Assembly: GCA_045656885.1 (NCBI GenBank)
Contig: JAZORZ010000001.1
Location: 12,366-76,365 of the forward strand
Direction of reading: 5' to 3'
DNA: 64,000 bases
Source of the DNA: Eubacteriales bacterium
GTDB taxonomy: Bacteria; Bacillota; Clostridia; Oscillospirales; CAG-272
Under the pieces are notes generated by a model. The model did not search any database and was not told the origin of the DNA. It was given only the letters and a program-made list of their open reading frames with translations. Position numbers and translations under genes: made by a program. Of this stretch, positions 47,411 through 55,793 are shown piece by piece (the stretch's first letter is position 1; every line of letters starts with the position of its first letter).

Positions 47411-47935
47411 ATGAACTACTGTGAACTTAAAAAAAACGACATCGCCAATGGGGAAGGGGTACGCACGGTACTGTTCGTATCGGGCTGTACAAACCACTGC
47501 GAGGAGTGTTTTCAACCCCAAACGTGGGATTTTGCCTATGGCAAGCCCTTTGGGCGCGAGGTTGAGGACGAGATCATCGCATCCTGCAAGCCCTATTACA
47601 TCAACGGCTTGACCTTGCTTGGCGGCGAGCCGTTTGAGCCAAAGAATCAGCCCACACTTGTTTCCTTCCTGCATCGCTTTCGCGAGGAATGCCCCGATAA
47701 GACCGTTTGGTGCTTTACGGGCTTTACCCTTGACGAGGAATTGTGGAAAGAGGGAAGCTACCCCCGATGCGACGCGACCGACGAGATGCTCTCGCTCATC
47801 GATGTTTTGGTAGACGGCAGATACGTAAAAGCGCTCAAGGATATTTCCTTGCGTTTTCGCGGCTCCTCAAACCAACGCATCATCGATATGAAAGCGACGC
47901 TCCAAAAAAAAGAAATCGTCCTTTGGGACAAATAA
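47411..47935 (+). CDS. nrdG: Anaerobic ribonucleotide reductase activating protein (radical SAM)
   Basis: NDIANGEGVRTVLFVSGCTNHCEECFQPQTW. Start at ATG 47411, just after the nrdD stop. Confidence 0.9.
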   Translation: MNYCELKKNDIANGEGVRTVLFVSGCTNHCEECFQPQTWDFAYGKPFGREVEDEIIASCKPYYINGLTLLGGEPFEPKNQPTLVSFLHRFREECPDKTVWCFTGFTLDEELWKEGSYPRCDATDEMLSLIDVLVDGRYVKALKDISLRFRGSSNQRIIDMKATLQKKEIVLWDK

Positions 47936-47940
47936 AAAAA

Positions 47941-47972
47941 GAGCACCGACACGCCGTGTCGGTGCTCTTTTT
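47941..47972 (+). terminator. Terminator after nrdG
   Basis: gagcaccgacacg c cgtgtcggtgctc followed by ttttt. Confidence 0.8.
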
Positions 47973-48123
47973 GCAGCCCCAAAAATGGCAAGGGAAGTTA
48001 TCTCTGCTTCAATTTTTTGCAAGATGTGTGCGATTTTTTGGCAAAATGTGTAAAAAAACACCCCTAAAAACGGTTGATCGTTAAAACTTTTGCAAATTTT
48101 CGCGTTTTTTTGCATAAATTTAC

Positions 48124-48152
48124 TTGACATATATGTAAAAATGTTGTATAAT
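48124..48152 (+). promoter_or_regulatory. Sigma-A promoter for the first sipW-like gene
   Basis: TTGACA, 17 nt spacer, TATAAT. Confidence 0.6.
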
Positions 48153-48207
48153 AAACTATCCATTTTTTTGTATCCTGATAAAGAATATAAATAGGAAGGA
48201 AAATAAT

Positions 48208-48972
48208 ATGTCAACTAACGAAACAAACAACAACCAAAAAGTGGATGTTAGACAACGGACACTCACAATTATTGGTATTGTTCTTTGCGTTATCCTCGTT
48301 CCAATCCTCATTGTCAACTGCACGTTGATAATCAAGAGCTTCATCAACAAAGATGAAGTACCTGATTTTGCGGGCGTTGTTCCGCTTATCGTCCTTTCCG
48401 ACTCCATGTATCCTGACATAAAAAAAGGCGACCTCATTTTCACCAAGGTAGTAGATGCCAACAACCTGCAAGAAGGCGACGTTATCTCCTTTTATGCAGC
48501 CGAAGATGATTACACCACCATTTGGACGCATAAAATTATTGAGGTCATTAAAGAGGGTGACACCGTAAAGTATCGCACCCAAGGTATTAACAACCCCACC
48601 GCCGACGGCAAGCTCCGCGAGGTGGATAAGATCATTGGCAAATATTCCGGCACGCGCTTTGGTGGCGCAGGTAACGTTGCAATGGCAATGCAAAAGCCGG
48701 GCGGATTGATTGTTTGCGTAGTTGTTCCCATTCTGTTGTTCGTTGGTTACGATATTATTCGTCGCCGTATGTACGATAAGAACAAGACCAGCGACGTTGA
48801 TGCACTCCGTGCCGAGCTCGAAGCCCTCAAGGCAGAAAGAGCCGCACAGCAAACACCCGTAGAAGTCCCCGTTGAAACACCTGTTGAAACACCCGTTGAG
48901 GTTGCCCCCGAGGTAGAGCCCGAAATCGCTCCCCAAGAGGACACCACCCCCGAACCCCAAAAAGAGGAATAA
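48208..48972 (+). CDS. sipW: Signal peptidase I, SipW (S26B / ER-type) with a C-terminal TM and a Pro/Glu-rich tail
   Basis: N-terminal TM. LSDSMYPDIKKGDLIF (catalytic Ser), WTHKIIEV (His), TQGINNPTADG. C-terminal TM, then ELEALKAER and the TPVEVPVETPVETPVEV tail. Confidence 0.8.
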   Translation: MSTNETNNNQKVDVRQRTLTIIGIVLCVILVPILIVNCTLIIKSFINKDEVPDFAGVVPLIVLSDSMYPDIKKGDLIFTKVVDANNLQEGDVISFYAAEDDYTTIWTHKIIEVIKEGDTVKYRTQGINNPTADGKLREVDKIIGKYSGTRFGGAGNVAMAMQKPGGLIVCVVVPILLFVGYDIIRRRMYDKNKTSDVDALRAELEALKAERAAQQTPVEVPVETPVETPVEVAPEVEPEIAPQEDTTPEPQKEE

Positions 48973-48988
48973 TCTCAAATTCCTGTAG

Positions 48989-49044
48989 ACAATCCCTCAG
49001 TCAAATGACTACGCATTTGACAGCTCCCTTTACACAAGGGAGCC
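48989..49044 (-). repeat. Family-A palindromic repeat, copy A1 (inverted relative to A2 and A3)
   Basis: The reverse complement reads ggctcccttgtgtaaagggagctgtcaaatgcgtagtcatttgactgagggattgt. Confidence 0.85.
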
Positions 49045-49130
49045 ATACCGTAATGTAGCTGCATTATTTTGTTCAGTAAACAACTTTACAAAAATTGATT
49101 TGATAACTTTGGAGCAAAGCCCAACCAAAT

Positions 49131-49182
49131 GCCTCCCTTGTGTAAAGGGAGGTGGCACGCGATAGCGTGACGGAGGGATTGT
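49131..49182 (+). repeat. Family-A palindromic repeat, copy A2
   Basis: gcctcccttgtgtaaagggaggtggcacgcgatagcgtgacggagggattgt. Confidence 0.85.
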
Positions 49183-49273
49183 GATTCAAAGAAATACTTC
49201 TGTATTGTTCCTGTTCAGCAAACCGTTTATAACATTTATTTCAATCAGTTTAGCGAAAAGCTTACCCCAAAAG

Positions 49274-49325
49274 GGCTCCCTTGTGTAAAGGGAGCTGTCA
49301 GCCGAACGGCTGACTGAGGGATTGT
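49274..49325 (+). repeat. Family-A palindromic repeat, copy A3
   Basis: ggctcccttgtgtaaagggagctgtcagccgaacggctgactgagggattgt. Confidence 0.85.
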
Positions 49326-49351
49326 AAAAAACAATCCCCATTTATCTTTTT
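49318..49351 (+). terminator. Terminator-like hairpin formed by the A3 tail and a short partner
   Basis: gggattgt aaaaa acaatccc followed by catttatcttttt. Confidence 0.3.
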
Positions 49352-49542
49352 CGGTATTATGAGGCATTGCCTCACAATATATAAAACTTGTTATTCTTCC
49401 CACGGAAGCCACGCCGCGAGATGAATGCATAAAAACCATAAGATTTTTCGGCGATGAAATCTTACGGTAAACCATCGCCAAAAATCACATTCCCTCGGGT
49501 TAGGGAAGAATAATCTTTTTTCTAAAGAAAGGAATTCCTACT

Positions 49543-50208
49543 ATGAAGAAAAACGTAATGATGAGAGTTGCTTCCGCTTTGTTGGTAGCAGTTCTGATGA
49601 CAACCTGTGCTATTTCCGGCACTTTCGCAAAGTACACCACCAATGCAACCGGTTCTGATACTGCTCGCGTAGCAAAGTTTGGTGTTACAATTACTGCTAA
49701 TGGCGAAACATTTGCAACATCCGAAGAGGGTCTTGTTAATGGTGTAACCGCAAATACCGTTCTTTCTGCTGACACCGATAACGTTGTTGCTCCTGGCATG
49801 AGTGGCTCTATGGCGAAGATGACCCTTACCGGTACTCCTGAAGTTGCCGTTAAAGTTACTTATCAAGCTACTTTGACACTTTCTGATAATTGGCTTGTAG
49901 ACTCCGTGTACTATTGCCCCATTATCATTAAAGTTAATGGTACGTCTTTCAAGGGTGCAACCTATGCTTCTGCAGCTGAATTTAAGGCAGCTGTTGAAGG
50001 AGCAATTAATGCCTTTACTAAAGAGTATGCAGCTGGTACCGATCTTTCCACAGTATCTGCGGAATCTCTTGAAGTAACTTGGGAATGGGCTTATTTTGTT
50101 GATGAAGCTACTGACTTAAAGGACACCAAGCTTGGAAATCAAGCCGCTGCTGGTAATGCAGCTACTATTGAGCTGACCGTAAAAACCATCGTAACCCAAA
50201 TCAACTAA
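49543..50208 (+). CDS. Secreted TasA/BsaA/camelysin-like protein with a SipW-type signal peptide (putative fibre subunit)
   Basis: MKKNVMMRVASALLVAVLMTTCAISGTFAKYTT fits the SipW-cognate pattern (hydrophobic core, then GT-aromatic-A-x-aromatic-T/S). A Thr/Val-rich beta-type sequence follows. The C-terminal motif LEVTWEWAYF...D.KDTKLGNQ is shared with the next ORF. Confidence 0.6.
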   Translation: MKKNVMMRVASALLVAVLMTTCAISGTFAKYTTNATGSDTARVAKFGVTITANGETFATSEEGLVNGVTANTVLSADTDNVVAPGMSGSMAKMTLTGTPEVAVKVTYQATLTLSDNWLVDSVYYCPIIIKVNGTSFKGATYASAAEFKAAVEGAINAFTKEYAAGTDLSTVSAESLEVTWEWAYFVDEATDLKDTKLGNQAAAGNAATIELTVKTIVTQIN

Positions 50209-50250
50209 TCATTAGCCAATATAAATTTACCTAAACTTTAATTTTTTACA

Positions 50251-50291
50251 ATATCCCCCCAACCCACCGTGGCTTGGGGGAGGGGGGATAT
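50251..50291 (+). terminator. Hairpin after the TasA-like gene (possible attenuating terminator)
   Basis: atatcccccc ... ggggggatat with imperfect internal pairing. The T-run is delayed (aaaatatgctattttt). Confidence 0.4.
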
Positions 50292-50380
50292 AAAATATGC
50301 TATTTTTGGTTTTTCATAGCAATCAAGCGCTTGATTGTTGTGAAAAGCCAAAAAAATTTTTGACGAAAGGAGAAAAGACA

Positions 50381-51466
50381 ATGGATCAGATTGAAAAAGC
50401 CGTGCAAGATAGTTCCCAATTAGATGACCCTCAAGTAGCCCTTGCAAAGCGCCATAAAATCTTTCTTACTATTATCATCATTCTTTTTCTCCTCTCGGTA
50501 GCCGTTCTTTCCTTTTGCTTGGTCGATTACGCGCAACAGGATAAGCGTGAGGTCGCCCTCAAGGTAGATAACGAGGCCGAGGTCAACATTTTTTCGGTCT
50601 ACTACACCGGTGCAAACGGCGAGATAGTGGTGCAAAGTGCCGATACCAGCAAGGTCATTGCCCCCGGCACCAACGCCGAGTATACTATTCGTTTGCGTAA
50701 CGCCGACGAATATGCAATCGACTATGAAATTGACCCCAACGTCAAATTCTTTGCAACCAACAACTTGCCCATGCTGGTGCGTATGCGTACCGCCGACGGC
50801 AAATATTTGCTCGGCTCTGCAAACGATTGGGTATCTTTGCAAGCCCTGCGCGAGTTCAGCCACAAGGGCACCCTCAAAAAGGCAGAGGCAGGCGAGTTTG
50901 TTTTTGAATGGCAATGGCCCTATGAGGGCGGCGACGACGAGTGGGATACCCAACTCGGCAACCAAGAAAGAGAGGCCGGAGTTGAAATTAGCTTTTCCTT
51001 CCATTCGGTAGCCAACACCTCGCTGGGTGCTAACGGCGGCTGGGACGGCCACCCCGACCACGGCAAAAATATTGTTATTGCCGTAGCAGCTATCATTCTC
51101 CTGATCATCGCCATCATTATCATCATTATTCTGATCAAAAAGCGCAAGGACGAACTCAACAACGCCGTTGACGAGCTTCCCGTGGGCGCACCCGCGGCAC
51201 CTGTTTACGAGCGTCAAGGCGCACCTTTCGTGGCACAAATCGACCTTGCTTTGCTTGATTCGCACTTCTCGGGCGGCGCGTTTATCAACCTTGTCACCCT
51301 CAAGCAAATGGGCATCGTTCCCCTTACGGCAAGTGCAATGCACATCACTGCAAGCCCCAATTATCAATTCAGCAAATCCTTTATCGTATTTACACAAAGC
51401 ATTTCTCCCGAGGCGAGAAGAATCATCACCGCCGCAGGCGGCGTAGTCGTTATCACCCCCAACTAA
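50381..51466 (+). CDS. Bitopic membrane protein: TasA-like ectodomain between two TM helices plus a cytoplasmic uL15-like C-terminal domain
   Basis: Start at MDQIEKAV (RBS aaaggagaaaag). TM1 is IFLTIIIILFLLSVAVLSF. The ectodomain carries APGTNAEYTIRLRN...EFVFEWQWPYEGGDDEWDTQLGNQ, paralogous to 49543-50208. TM2 is IVIAVAAIILLIIAIIIIIILI. The tail IDLALLD...GGAFINLVTLKQMGIV...FSKSFIVFTQSISPEARRIITAAGGVVVI resembles the ribosomal L15 C-terminus. Confidence 0.65.
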   Translation: MDQIEKAVQDSSQLDDPQVALAKRHKIFLTIIIILFLLSVAVLSFCLVDYAQQDKREVALKVDNEAEVNIFSVYYTGANGEIVVQSADTSKVIAPGTNAEYTIRLRNADEYAIDYEIDPNVKFFATNNLPMLVRMRTADGKYLLGSANDWVSLQALREFSHKGTLKKAEAGEFVFEWQWPYEGGDDEWDTQLGNQEREAGVEISFSFHSVANTSLGANGGWDGHPDHGKNIVIAVAAIILLIIAIIIIIILIKKRKDELNNAVDELPVGAPAAPVYERQGAPFVAQIDLALLDSHFSGGAFINLVTLKQMGIVPLTASAMHITASPNYQFSKSFIVFTQSISPEARRIITAAGGVVVITPN

Positions 51467-51493
51467 ATTTACAAATAAATTTAGGAGCTTACC

Positions 51494-52135
51494 TTGAAAA
51501 ATCCTTACAGATCCATTATTCGTATATCACTCCTCGTGCTGCTTGCGGCGCTCATCGGACTGAGCGTTTACTCCATGAACGCGCGCATGCTGGGCGGCAA
51601 CGCGGTGCCAATGCCGTTTGGCTTTGGTCTTACCGTTGTCCTCTCGGGCAGCATGGAGCCCGAGCTTTCGGTTGACGACCTCTTGGTTGTTGTTGCACAA
51701 GATAGCTACGAGGTTGGCGACGTTGTGGTCTTTCAAAACCAGCGCACTGCAGTGGTGCACCGCATCATTGCCATCAACGGCGAGGAGATCATCACGCGCG
51801 GCGATGCCAACTCAAGCGACGACGCCCCCATTACTCTTGCCAACATCAAGGGCAGGGTAGCCCTCGCCATTCCGTTTGTCGGCTATATCGTCCACCTCAT
51901 CAAAACCCCCGTGGGAACTCTCGTTTTGCTCGGCATGGCATTCTGGCTGCTGGAAGCTTCCTTCAAAAAAGAAAAAGCAGAAAAGAAAAACGAGCTCGAT
52001 GCCATTCGCCAAGAGATCGAAGCCCTCAAGCGCGGCGACGATCCCAAACCCGAACAACAACCCCAAAAGGAAGAAGCACAAGAGGTAACCCCGCAAGAGG
52101 AACCCCAACAACCCACAAAAGAAACCGATAACTAA
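51494..52135 (+). CDS. sipW: Second SipW-type signal peptidase I with a C-terminal TM and a Pro/Glu/Gln-rich tail
   Basis: TTG start with RBS aggag. LSGSMEPELSVDDLLVV (Ser), VVHRIIAI (His), TRGDANSSDDAP. C-terminal TM, then EIEALKRG and a PEQQPQKEE-rich tail. Confidence 0.8.
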   Translation: MKNPYRSIIRISLLVLLAALIGLSVYSMNARMLGGNAVPMPFGFGLTVVLSGSMEPELSVDDLLVVVAQDSYEVGDVVVFQNQRTAVVHRIIAINGEEIITRGDANSSDDAPITLANIKGRVALAIPFVGYIVHLIKTPVGTLVLLGMAFWLLEASFKKEKAEKKNELDAIRQEIEALKRGDDPKPEQQPQKEEAQEVTPQEEPQQPTKETDN

Positions 52136-52142
52136 AAAAACA

Positions 52143-52177
52143 AGCCCCGAGGGAACACCCTCGGGGCTATCTTTTTT
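52143..52177. terminator. Bidirectional terminator between sipW-2 (+) and nadE (-)
   Basis: agccccgaggg aaca ccctcggggct flanked by A7 and T6 runs. Confidence 0.75.
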
Positions 52178-52187
52178 ATAAAATTGA

Positions 52188-54098
52188 TTAGAGCTTTTCA
52201 ATTTCGGCAAGCCACAAAGTACTTGCGGCATCCGAGGGCATTTGCCACGCACCTCTTGGCGAGAGCGAAATTTCACCAACCTGCGGTCCGTCAGGCAAAC
52301 AAGAACGCTTAAACTGCTGTGCAAAGAATCGCTTGAAGAACACTTGCAACCACTTTTTCAGCACCTCGTCGCTATACTTTTCACCCCAAGCGGACTGTGC
52401 CATGCGGTAAAGCTTTTTGGGGGCAAAGCCGTAGCGAATGAAATAATAAAGGTAGAAATCGTGCAACTCGTAAGGGCCAACCAAGTCCTCGGTCTTTTGT
52501 GCAATCTTTCCGTCGGCATCGGCAGGGAGCAATTCGGGCGAGACGGGCGTGTCGAGAATGTCATAGAGCGCCGCCGCAACTTTATCCTGTCCGTTTGCCT
52601 TTGCCTCGTTTGCACAGTGTCTTACCACGTGACCAATAAGCGTTTTGGGAATAGAAGCATTCACGCCGTACATCGACATATGGTCTCCGTTGTAGGTCGC
52701 CCAACCGAGCGCCAACTCCGAGAGGTCACCCGTACCAATGACCATACCGCCGAGCTCGTTGGCAATGTCCATCAGCACCTGCGTGCGCTCGCGCGCCTGC
52801 GCGTTCTCATAGGTGACGTCGCGAACGGCGGGATCGTGTCCAATATCGCCGAAGTGCACGTTAACTGCATCAAAAATATCCACACAGCGGAAGGTGACAC
52901 CCAATTCCTCGCAAAGAACGGTCGCATTGCTTTTAGTTCTCGCGGTCGTGCCAAAGCAGGGCATTGTCACTGCAACAATATCTGTGCGCGGGCGGCCAAG
53001 AGAGTCCATTGCGCGAACCATTGTCAAGAGCGCCAAGGTGGAGTCAAGACCACCCGAAATGCCAACCACAATCTTTTTTGCCCACGCGCGAACAATGCGC
53101 GTTTTGAGTCCTGCCGCGGCGATGGTTAATACGCGCTCGCAGTGTGCGGCAAGCTCAGCGGGCGCTACCGAAAAAAAAGGTGTGGCGTCAAATTTGCGTG
53201 TCAGCTTTGTTTTTGCAATTTCAAGAGAGAAAGGAACTTTGGTGTAGCAATCATCAATTTCGCAAAAATCGGAGACTCTGCGATCGTGCATCAGTCTTTC
53301 CAGATCAATTTCGGTAATCAAAAGCTCCGAGCCGTCAAAGGGAACAGACGCGGCTACAACTTCACCGTTCTCAACCACGAGTTTCTTGCCGCCAAAGGCG
53401 TTGTCGGTGGTCGATTCACCGTCACCTGCAAGAGATGTGATATAAGCGGTGTGCGTGCGCGCGGTGTGCGCGGAAAGAATGACGTCAAGTGCGGGCTTTT
53501 TGCTCACGATCTCGGGCATTGCCGCAGGGTGACAAATGACAGTAGCACCCGCCTCACTGTGCCAAAGAGAGGGCGCGTAGAGCTCTTGGATATCTTCTCC
53601 GATCTCCACTGCCAAAACCAGTGAGGGGAGAATAGAGCAGGAAAAGACCTGTTGTGTACCTAGTATGACGGGCTTGCCATTCCATACGATCTCGTGCGAG
53701 AGATCGGGAGCAGCCGCAAATTGACGTGCATTACGGCGAGTGCGCGTTTTGGGAACAAAACCAAGCACCTCTCCCATGTGGCAAACAGCGGCAACATTGG
53801 AGATCTGAGCACCAACCGAGAGGGGCAGTCCCACAATCGATACCATATCCAATGTTTGGGTAGCATCAAGATATGCCTTGAGCGCGTCGATTGCGGCATT
53901 CAAGAGTGTGTCGGTCGCAAACAAATCCCCACAGGTAGCCCCTGTGAGAGACAATTCAGGGAACACAAGCACGCGCACACCCTCACCGTACGCCTTTTGC
54001 GCCAGCGCGATATGCGCCTCGGCATTTGCTTTTGTGTCAGCCACGCGCACCACGGGAGTGGCGGCGGCAACCTTCAAAAATCCATTTTTCATAAACAA
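52188..54098 (-). CDS. nadE: Glutamine-dependent NAD(+) synthetase
   Basis: 636 aa. N-terminal CN-hydrolase domain (VLVFPELSLTG) and C-terminal synthetase domain (GISGGLDST P-loop). Confidence 0.9.
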   Translation of the reverse strand: MFMKNGFLKVAAATPVVRVADTKANAEAHIALAQKAYGEGVRVLVFPELSLTGATCGDLFATDTLLNAAIDALKAYLDATQTLDMVSIVGLPLSVGAQISNVAAVCHMGEVLGFVPKTRTRRNARQFAAAPDLSHEIVWNGKPVILGTQQVFSCSILPSLVLAVEIGEDIQELYAPSLWHSEAGATVICHPAAMPEIVSKKPALDVILSAHTARTHTAYITSLAGDGESTTDNAFGGKKLVVENGEVVAASVPFDGSELLITEIDLERLMHDRRVSDFCEIDDCYTKVPFSLEIAKTKLTRKFDATPFFSVAPAELAAHCERVLTIAAAGLKTRIVRAWAKKIVVGISGGLDSTLALLTMVRAMDSLGRPRTDIVAVTMPCFGTTARTKSNATVLCEELGVTFRCVDIFDAVNVHFGDIGHDPAVRDVTYENAQARERTQVLMDIANELGGMVIGTGDLSELALGWATYNGDHMSMYGVNASIPKTLIGHVVRHCANEAKANGQDKVAAALYDILDTPVSPELLPADADGKIAQKTEDLVGPYELHDFYLYYFIRYGFAPKKLYRMAQSAWGEKYSDEVLKKWLQVFFKRFFAQQFKRSCLPDGPQVGEISLSPRGAWQMPSDAASTLWLAEIEKL

Positions 54099-54133
54099 TA
54101 ACTCCTTTCAAAAAGGAACTCTATATTAAAAGA

Positions 54134-54163
54134 ATTATACCATCATTTTTGACGGTTTGTCAA
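54134..54163 (-). promoter_or_regulatory. Sigma-A promoter for nadE
   Basis: Minus strand reads TTGACA, 18 nt spacer, TATAAT, with TGg extended -10. Confidence 0.55.
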
Positions 54164-54178
54164 TAGAAAGTGCACAAT

Positions 54179-54850
54179 TTATGCTTGTTTATATTCTTTT
54201 ACGTTTCCGATCAATCGAATATTTCCATTATCCACCAGGATTGCGCCTTTCATAAGGGAGGTTGCATAGACAGTCTTTTTGCGTTCTGTCATAACTTTCT
54301 CAATAGCCGCCTTTTGTGAGGCAGTCTCCTCATAATGCACTTCAAGATAAAAATCTTTCAAATACGGTAATCCCTCATAATATCCAAATTCGGGATAATC
54401 ATCACTGGGGGAAATATGGTATTCCGCAAGTTGGATAACCGCACCTGCGCTATACCCCATAACAATGCCGTTGTGCTTCATCAAAACATCTTGAAGTTCA
54501 AATTCTTTGATGCGATCCATCATTCTGTCGGGTAAGCCGCCGAGGAAATAGACAATATCTGCATTTTCAATCTTTCTCCTCGCAGATTCTTTTGTATCGG
54601 CAAAATAGTTGACAAACGAAATGTTTTCTTCGGAGATTCCATATGCGGTAAAGCCGTTTACAATTCCACCGTAAAATCTACCGTTTTCTTTGCTGTACAG
54701 GACATTCCAATCTGCAAGAGATTTTACGCGACTATCGCGGAAAGAGAAGGCAACAACAGCCACCTTGTGTATTGGTTTTATATATTTCTTTAATTCTTCA
54801 TAAAGCCATGGGGCATCTATTTCATAACCTTCCAGTAAGATGTTGACCAT
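54179..54850 (-). CDS. Peptidase S51 (dipeptidase E-like / type 1 glutamine amidotransferase-like) protein
   Basis: ADIVYFLGGLPDRMM...NGIVMGYSAGAVI fits the S51 nucleophile elbow. The gene is visibly more AT-rich than the flanks. Confidence 0.6.
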   Translation of the reverse strand: MVNILLEGYEIDAPWLYEELKKYIKPIHKVAVVAFSFRDSRVKSLADWNVLYSKENGRFYGGIVNGFTAYGISEENISFVNYFADTKESARRKIENADIVYFLGGLPDRMMDRIKEFELQDVLMKHNGIVMGYSAGAVIQLAEYHISPSDDYPEFGYYEGLPYLKDFYLEVHYEETASQKAAIEKVMTERKKTVYATSLMKGAILVDNGNIRLIGNVKEYKQA

Positions 54851-54874
54851 TTGCTTTTTCTCCTTTTTGAATTT

Positions 54875-55759
54875 TTATTTGTGAACAGTCCCCACATACC
54901 AACTCGGCACGGGATTTTTCATATTGTCATACCACGAGAGCACATCCTTGGCTTGATTGAGCATAACCGCAATTTCTTTTTCGCCAAACGGAATCGCCCA
55001 CGGGACAGAAGATAAGGTGTTGCTGGCGATGTAAAGTGCCAGCAATTTCCAAAAATCCATAGGAACATCGTTTTCAAAATATCCATTCACCATTCCGCTG
55101 GCAAAGTGGGGAGCGGCTTGCGCGCACCAAACAATGCGGTTGAATTCTTCCCAAGGGTCTCCAAAGTCGTTTCTGTTGAAGTCAATGATATAGAGTTTTT
55201 TATCCATGCCGATCATCATGTTTCCAATGTGATAATCACCGTGCTGATAGGTTCTCGGTCTGCCTTTGAGCAAATGTCGGTTGGCGTTGATATAGTCGAT
55301 AAACGCTTGACCTTTCTCGCATTTGATAGGACATTCCTCATACATTTTGATTTTGCGGTCTGCCTTACGATTAAAATAGGTTTCCCAATCCTCACCGCCT
55401 TCGGGGGCGGGAATCGTATGAATTTGTTTGAGTATTTGCCCCGATGCAAAGCCGTAAGCATACTGTTCTTCACTTGTGTAGTGGTGTATATTTTCTTCTG
55501 CATCAACACCATTTATCCAAGTTTGAACAGAGTAAACGCCCTCGTCAGATGTGCCAAACTCCAACGGCTTGCACATGGGAATACCGAGAGCCGCTACTTG
55601 CTGCATTAACTCAAATTCGCTTTTCTTTCGCTCGTATTGCTCGATAGGAGAAACACGGAGCAAAAATTTGTTGCCGTTAGCATCGATAGCGCAGTATTTT
55701 TTGTCGCCAGACCAGCCTTTTTCTATCAAGGTTTTGGATGTAAATTCGTAATTTGACAT
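54875..55759 (-). CDS. Aminoglycoside/kinase-fold phosphotransferase (APH family)
   Basis: The Brenner motif YQHGDYHIGNMMI and IIDFNRNDFGDPWEEF are present. The N-lobe has WSGDKKYCAID..GNKFLLRV. The substrate is unknown. Confidence 0.7.
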   Translation of the reverse strand: MSNYEFTSKTLIEKGWSGDKKYCAIDANGNKFLLRVSPIEQYERKKSEFELMQQVAALGIPMCKPLEFGTSDEGVYSVQTWINGVDAEENIHHYTSEEQYAYGFASGQILKQIHTIPAPEGGEDWETYFNRKADRKIKMYEECPIKCEKGQAFIDYINANRHLLKGRPRTYQHGDYHIGNMMIGMDKKLYIIDFNRNDFGDPWEEFNRIVWCAQAAPHFASGMVNGYFENDVPMDFWKLLALYIASNTLSSVPWAIPFGEKEIAVMLNQAKDVLSWYDNMKNPVPSWYVGTVHK

Positions 55760-55793
55760 TTGCTTTCTCCTTTCGAGGTTTATTTAACAATTC

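Noticed and set aside
48989-49325. Three similar ~52-bp repeats that might suggest a CRISPR array.
   Set aside because: One copy is inverted relative to the others. The spacings are unequal (86 and 91 bp between copies). The repeat sequences differ by compensatory stem changes and are not identical. No cas genes are nearby. A related unit occurs 44 kb away in a different context. All of this points to REP/MITE-like behaviour.
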